Shown here: positions 60,086-64,000 of the stretch, one piece after another | Layout of the letters: each line of letters starts with the position of its first letter | How positions within the stretch are numbered: the stretch's first letter is position 1 | Assembly (NCBI GenBank): GCA_030837965.1 | Contig: JAUTXP010000014.1 | Coordinates: 8,605-72,604, forward strand | Direction: 5' to 3' | DNA from: Acidimicrobiaceae bacterium | Lineage (GTDB): Bacteria; Actinomycetota; Acidimicrobiia; Acidimicrobiales; JAUTXP01 | DNA: 64,000 nt | Made by a program: the position numbers and the translations under genes | The notes under the pieces: model-generated | Database searches by the model: none | What the model saw: only the letters and a program-made list of their open reading frames with translations | What the model was told of the DNA's origin: nothing

Positions 60086-60865
60086 TTGGCCGCGGTCGGC
60101 TTGTCGGCCGAGGTCGTGCCGTGGGGCGACGGGGTCGACTGGGGCGCGTACGAGGGCGTCGTGGTGCGGGGCACGTGGGACTACATCGAGGCCCGCGACG
60201 AGTTCCTCGACTGGGCCGCGTCGGTGGCCGCCGTGACCCGGCTGGCCAACCCCTTCGAGGTCCTGCGATGGAACACGGACAAGTCCTATCTGCGCGACTT
60301 GGAGGCCGCGGGCATCCCCATCGTGCCCACCACGTGGGGCTCGCAAGGCCCCTTCCCGGAGGGCGAGTTCGTGGTCAAGCCCGCGGTGTCAGCGGGGGCG
60401 CGCAACTCGGCCCGCCACACCTCGGCGGCGTCGGGCGCGGCACACGCCGCGGCCATCGAGGCGGACGGCGGGGTGGCCATGGTGCAGGCGTTCGTGTCGT
60501 CGGTGGAGTCGGAGGGTGAGACGGGGACCTACGTGTTCGGCGGCCAGGTCAGCCACGCCATCCGCAAGATGGGGATCCTCGACGCGGGCGCGTCGCCCGC
60601 CGACGTTCCGTCCATGTCGTCGGTGGACCGGGTCTCGCCTGTGCCGGTGGACCCGGCCCTGGGCGAGTTCGCCCTGCGGGTGCTGGCCGCGTCGGAGTTC
60701 GCCGAGCCGGTGCTTTACGCCCGGGTCGACACCGTGCCCGGACCCGACGGCCGCCCGCTGGTTATCGAGTTGGAGCTGACCGAGCCCTATCTGTTCCTGG
60801 CCGACCAGCCCGCGGCCGCCGCCCGCTTCGCCGCCGCCACCGCGGCCTGGCTCGCCGCCCCGTAA
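60086..60865 (+). CDS. ATP-grasp domain protein (RimK/glutathione-synthetase-like)
   Basis: 259-aa ORF from TTG 60086. The in-frame upstream sequence (ALVASRVDGHLFEDGPPLVAAL) looks like part of the protein, but no canonical start precedes it. Family assignment is by eye. Confidence 0.55.
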   Translation: MAAVGLSAEVVPWGDGVDWGAYEGVVVRGTWDYIEARDEFLDWAASVAAVTRLANPFEVLRWNTDKSYLRDLEAAGIPIVPTTWGSQGPFPEGEFVVKPAVSAGARNSARHTSAASGAAHAAAIEADGGVAMVQAFVSSVESEGETGTYVFGGQVSHAIRKMGILDAGASPADVPSMSSVDRVSPVPVDPALGEFALRVLAASEFAEPVLYARVDTVPGPDGRPLVIELELTEPYLFLADQPAAAARFAAATAAWLAAP

Positions 60866-60867
60866 CC

Positions 60868-60915
60868 CGTCTTGTCGCGCTGATTGCCATATACGGCAAT
60901 GAGCGCGACAAGACG
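60868..60915. repeat. Imperfect palindromic repeat, family C copy 2
   Basis: CGTCTTGTCGCGCTGATTGCC-ATATAC-GGCAATGAGCGCGACAAGACG (one central mismatch), starting 3 nt after the ATP-grasp stop. Confidence 0.85.
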
Positions 60916-60966
60916 CGCGGGGGGCGTCGGTGATGGTGGCACTCGTGTGGTGAGTAAAGATGGATT

Positions 60967-61563
60967 ATGCCGAAGCCGCCCTCGATGCCGATCGTGCCGG
61001 TTCGCGGGCTGCCAGCCCCGGGCACCCTTGGCGTGGTCGTCTACGACGCGAACCTTCTGTTCGCGCGGTCGTTGAGTTACATACTCCTGCACGTGGCTGC
61101 TGAGGGCCTCGTCCAGGCCAAGTTCAGTTCGAGCCAGCTCTTCGAAGCGGGCGGTGCCATCACGTCACGGCTTCGCTTCGACGCCCTCGCCGAATTCGCC
61201 GCTCAGTTGAAGCGGATGGAGCAGACGGTCCGGGACAATGAGGTGCGGAACTTCCAGCGCTGGGTGCCGCACATTCGCGGCATGACCGATCAGGGCGACA
61301 AGCGGATCCTCGCTACGGCGATTCAAGGAGGGGCTTGGCTCATCGCTACAAATAACATCAAGGACTTTCCGGCCCCTGAGCTCGCACGTTGGGGCGTCGA
61401 GGTCGAGACGGCGGACCAGTTTCTCTGCCGATGCCTCGATACCAACCCCACGATGGTGGTGGCGATCTGTGATCGCCATCGCGCAGGGGCGGCCCGTTAC
61501 GTGAACGACAGGCTTGGCCGGGACGCGCCTCGCGCGGCAAAGCGCATCAGGGACTACATCTAA
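60967..61563 (+). CDS. PIN-domain protein (putative toxin ribonuclease)
   Basis: 198 aa with acidic PIN residues in VVYDANLL, AAEGL, GDKRILATA and IATNNIKDF. It has many A/T-ending codons and a TAA stop, unlike its surroundings. Confidence 0.7.
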   Translation: MPKPPSMPIVPVRGLPAPGTLGVVVYDANLLFARSLSYILLHVAAEGLVQAKFSSSQLFEAGGAITSRLRFDALAEFAAQLKRMEQTVRDNEVRNFQRWVPHIRGMTDQGDKRILATAIQGGAWLIATNNIKDFPAPELARWGVEVETADQFLCRCLDTNPTMVVAICDRHRAGAARYVNDRLGRDAPRAAKRIRDYI

Positions 61564-62030
61564 TTTTCCTCGGACCCGTCCTCGTTCGCGTCGAGGTCGG
61601 CGAGCCGCTGTCGCCTCTTCTCGTCATCCCGGCTCTTGTATTCAATGACGTCGGCGAGGAGGAGGCGCCGCCGATTTCCCACCTTGCGAAACGGGATGTC
61701 CCCAGCGTCGAGCAGCTTCACGACATAGGGCCTGGATACGTTGAGCAGCACCGCCGCCTCTTGCGTCCCGATCTCGGTCTCGGCCGGGGCTCGCGTGGGT
61801 ACCCGTCCCCAACTCAGGTCCTGGAGATCGCGAAGCATGTTGACAACGGCACTGCGGGGCACCTCGATGACCGTGCCTTCGATCTCGATCTTCACGAGTG
61901 CGCCCTGCACTTGCTTGAGGGCCTCTTCGAGGATCTCCAACGCGTCTGCGCTTCGCCTCGCTTCGTCGATCCGCCGCGCAATTTCGTCGTGTTTCGGCAT
62001 CCTCGCTCCATTTGCGACCGGTCTCGCCAC
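61560..62030 (-). CDS. Helix-turn-helix (excisionase/MerR-like HTH_17) DNA-binding protein, putative antitoxin
   Basis: 156 aa with the HTH segment TQEAAVLLNVSRPYVVKLLDAGDIPFRKVGNRRRLLLADVIEY. An alternative start is ATG 62000. Its 3' end overlaps the PIN gene by 4 nt. Confidence 0.7.
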   Translation of the reverse strand: MARPVANGARMPKHDEIARRIDEARRSADALEILEEALKQVQGALVKIEIEGTVIEVPRSAVVNMLRDLQDLSWGRVPTRAPAETEIGTQEAAVLLNVSRPYVVKLLDAGDIPFRKVGNRRRLLLADVIEYKSRDDEKRRQRLADLDANEDGSEEN

Positions 62031-62051
62031 GAACTGCCTACCCTAGCGCTC

Positions 62052-62087
62052 GATTCGTACACTCGCAATATTCGTAACACACGAATC
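62052..62087. promoter_or_regulatory. Operator-like repeats upstream of the HTH gene
   Basis: Direct repeats ATTCGTACAC (62053-62062) and ATTCGTAACAC (62070-62080), plus the inverted pair GATTCGT (62052-62058) / ACGAATC (62081-62087), in an AT-rich stretch. Confidence 0.35.
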
Positions 62088-62147
62088 TATCGGCGCCGCG
62101 GACCCAGAGGTTGACCGCCACCGCGGCCTGGCTCACGGGGCGGGGCG

Positions 62148-63212
62148 GTGGGGTGGCGCGGCGGCGGTACCGTGGGACGGGTGCGCGTGCCGGTGGCCAT
62201 CCTCTTCGTGTTGTCGGTCCTGGCCGCCGCGCTGGTCAACAACAAAGACGACCGGCCCGGGCCGGTGCAGGCCGTCCTCCAGCCGTCCACCACCCTGGCC
62301 CCGCCCGCATCGGTGGCCGAGACCACCACCACGGCGGTGGCCAGTCCGGCCGTCACCAACCTGGTGACCACCCTGCCGCCCCCGCCGCCGGTGCCCGCCA
62401 ACCAGGCCCGGGTCCTGGTGTCGAAGGCGGGCGTCGTCCTGCCCATCCAGGCCCAGGCGGCCAACGGCCAGTGGCGGGTGACCACGCCGTGCGGCAACAC
62501 CGCCCTGGCCTCGGGCACGCCCATGGGCCCCGTCCAAGTGGTCCTCGATCCTGGCCACGGCGGGGCCGAGCCGGGCGCCATGGGGCCCAACGGCCTGACC
62601 GAGAAGGCCCTCAACCTGGCCGTGACCCAGCGGGTGAAGGCGGCCTTGGAGCGCTCGGGCGTGACCGTGGTGCTCACCCGAACGGCCGACTACCGCATGA
62701 CCTTGGAGTCCCGCGCCCGGGTCGCCTTGGCCGTCCACCCGAGCGCCTTCGTGTCGATCCACCACAACGCCGAGCCCGACGGGCCCTTTCCCCGGCCCGG
62801 CACCGAGACCTACTACCAAGTGGCCACGCCCGAGTCGAAGCGACTGGCCGGCCTCATCTACGAAGAGGTGGTGAAGGCCCTGTCGCAGTATCAGGTGCCT
62901 TGGGTGGCCGACACCGACGCGGGCGCCAAGTACCGCAAGAACACCAGCGGCGACGACTACTACGGCATCCTGCGCCGCACCCACGGCGTGGTCGGTGCCT
63001 TGGGCGAGCTGGCCTTCATCACCGACGGGGCCGAGGCCGACCTGCTGGCCCGCCCCGACGTGCAGCAGGTGGAGGGCGAGGCCGTGGCCCGGGGCATCGT
63101 CCGCTTCCTCACGACGAAGGACCCTGGCTCGGGGTTCACCGAGCCGTACCCGCGCACCAGCCCGGCGGGCAACGGCGGCGGCGCGTCCAACTGCATCGAC
63201 CCCGCCCTGTGA
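62148..63212 (+). CDS. N-acetylmuramoyl-L-alanine amidase (Amidase_3) with N-terminal membrane anchor
   Basis: 354 aa with VVLDPGHGGAEPGA, TEKALNLAV and SIHHNAEPDG. The start could be a few codons downstream (GTG 62181). Confidence 0.85.
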   Translation: MGWRGGGTVGRVRVPVAILFVLSVLAAALVNNKDDRPGPVQAVLQPSTTLAPPASVAETTTTAVASPAVTNLVTTLPPPPPVPANQARVLVSKAGVVLPIQAQAANGQWRVTTPCGNTALASGTPMGPVQVVLDPGHGGAEPGAMGPNGLTEKALNLAVTQRVKAALERSGVTVVLTRTADYRMTLESRARVALAVHPSAFVSIHHNAEPDGPFPRPGTETYYQVATPESKRLAGLIYEEVVKALSQYQVPWVADTDAGAKYRKNTSGDDYYGILRRTHGVVGALGELAFITDGAEADLLARPDVQQVEGEAVARGIVRFLTTKDPGSGFTEPYPRTSPAGNGGGASNCIDPAL

Positions 63213-63217
63213 CCCAC

Positions 63218-63248
63218 CTTTTCCACAGCACCCCCTGATGTGGAAAAG
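63218..63248. repeat. Hairpin repeat family A, copy 6 (degenerate: 10-bp stem, 11-nt loop)
   Basis: CTTTTCCACAGCACCCCCTGATGTGGAAAAG, between the amidase gene and purN. Confidence 0.75.
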
Positions 63249-63252
63249 TTGC

Positions 63253-63804
63253 GGCGTGGGCATCGGGGTGTTGGCGTCGGGTAGTGGCACGGTCCTGCAC
63301 GCCATCCTCGAAGCCGGCATCCCGGTCCGGGTGGTGGTAGTCGACCGCACTTGCGCGGCCCTCGACATCGCCGCCGCCGCAGGCGTCCGCGCCCGCACCG
63401 TCCACCGGGGCCCGCTGAAGGACTTGGACCGGGTCGAGTTCACCCATCGCATCGTCGACGCCTTGCAGCACGACGACGTCGACACCGTGGTCATGGCCGG
63501 CTTCATGACCGTGCTGGAAAAGCCGGTCTTCGACGCCTTCCCAGGCCGAGTCCTCAACACCCACCCGGCCCTGCTGCCCGCCTTCCGCGGCGCGCACGCG
63601 GTCGAAGAGGCTCTGGCCATGGGCGTGAAGGTCACCGGCTGCACCGTCCACATCGCCACGCCCGAGGTGGACGCCGGACCCATCCTCGCCCAAGAGCCCG
63701 TGGCCGTCCGCCCGGACGACACCGTCGAATCCCTCCACGAGCGCATCAAGGCCGTGGAGCGCCGCCTCTACCCACAGACCATCAAGGAGTTCGTCGGCCT
63801 ATGA
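63253..63804 (+). CDS. purN: Phosphoribosylglycinamide formyltransferase
   Basis: In ORF 62995..63804. GTG 63253 is preferred ([12 protein letters not shown]...) because ATG 63238 lies inside the hairpin. It has [10 protein letters not shown]. Confidence 0.9.
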   Translation, partial: GVGIGVLASGSGTVLHAILEAGIPVRVVVVDRTCAALDIAAAAGVRARTVHRGPLKDLDRVEFTHRIVDALQHDDVDTVVMAGFMTVLEKPVFDAFPGRVLNTHPALLPAFRGAHAVEEALAMGVKVTGCTVHIATPEVDAGPILAQEPVAVRPDDTVESLHERIKAVERRLYPQTIKEFVGL

Positions 63805-64000
63805 CCGCCAAGAGGGCGCTGCTGTCCGTGTACGACAAGACCGGGCTCGAGGCCTTCGCCCGCGGCCTGGCCTCGCTGGGCTTCGAGCTGGTGTCCAGCG
63901 GCGGCACGTCGCGCGCCCTGGCCGACGCGGGCATCGACCACACGTCGGTCGAGTCGGTGACGGGCGCGGCCGAGATGCTCGACGGGCGGGTGAAGACGCT
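63801..64000 (+). CDS. purH: Bifunctional AICAR transformylase/IMP cyclohydrolase, N-terminal fragment (3' end outside window)
   Basis: ATGA overlap with purN. It has [20 protein letters not shown]...SSGGTSRAL. Confidence 0.92.
   Translation, partial: MTAKRALLSVYDKTGLEAFARGLASLGFELVSSGGTSRALADAGIDHTSVESVTGAAEMLDGRVKT

Noticed and set aside
62031-62147. A possible ydaO (cyclic-di-AMP) riboswitch upstream of the cell-wall amidase, since such hydrolases are typical targets in actinobacteria.
   Set aside because: Only fragmentary resemblances are present (GGACCCA, ACGGGG). The paired pseudo-symmetric conserved blocks (GAAUCC, CCCGAxCCCG) are not seen. The region is short and also has to hold the HTH gene promoter. 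A covariance-model scan (Rfam RF00379) would be needed to revisit this.
60916-62147. Calling the lower-G+C PIN/HTH islet a mobile element.
   Set aside because: No integrase, transposase, terminal inverted or direct repeats, or tRNA attachment site could be seen. Only the compositional shift and one flanking palindrome are present. It is reported as a finding, not as a mobile_element feature.

Overview
This is a high-G+C actinobacterial-type chromosomal segment. It has about 58 protein genes and no rRNA, tRNA, CRISPR array or recognisable transposase or integrase. All calls come from reading the ORF translations and the DNA by eye; no searches were run.

Conserved backbone, in order: truA end, DUF1385 gene, GGDEF-EAL gene, ilvA, rplM-rpsI-glmM, a giant glmS-like gene, nnr-alr, tsaE-tsaB-rimI-tsaD, a CIRCE operator with groES-groEL, guaB3-like/guaA, pcrA, mgtC, a fused accD/accA-like carboxyltransferase, sucCD and purN-purH.

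Between groEL and guaB3 lies an accessory block with two tightly coupled operons:
- Minus strand, 23475-36893, eight genes: a fused LivH-LivM permease, a single polypeptide joining an MFS domain to LivF-like and LivG-like ATPases, MoxR, DUF58, a transglutaminase-like membrane protein whose catalytic triad looks substituted, two lipoproteins, and a membrane-anchored binding-protein-like gene. This is the best candidate for an undescribed system.
- Plus strand, 37092-46749, eight genes mixing a di-iron ferritin-like protein, an SDR, an esterase, a PhyH dioxygenase and GH35/GH31/GH13 glycosidases.

Other notable features:
- Several families of AT-rich intergenic hairpin repeats; one has six copies.
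- A G12 tract in the carboxyltransferase linker.
- A lower-G+C islet carrying a convergent PIN/HTH pair.
- A secreted Asp/His-rich repeat protein.
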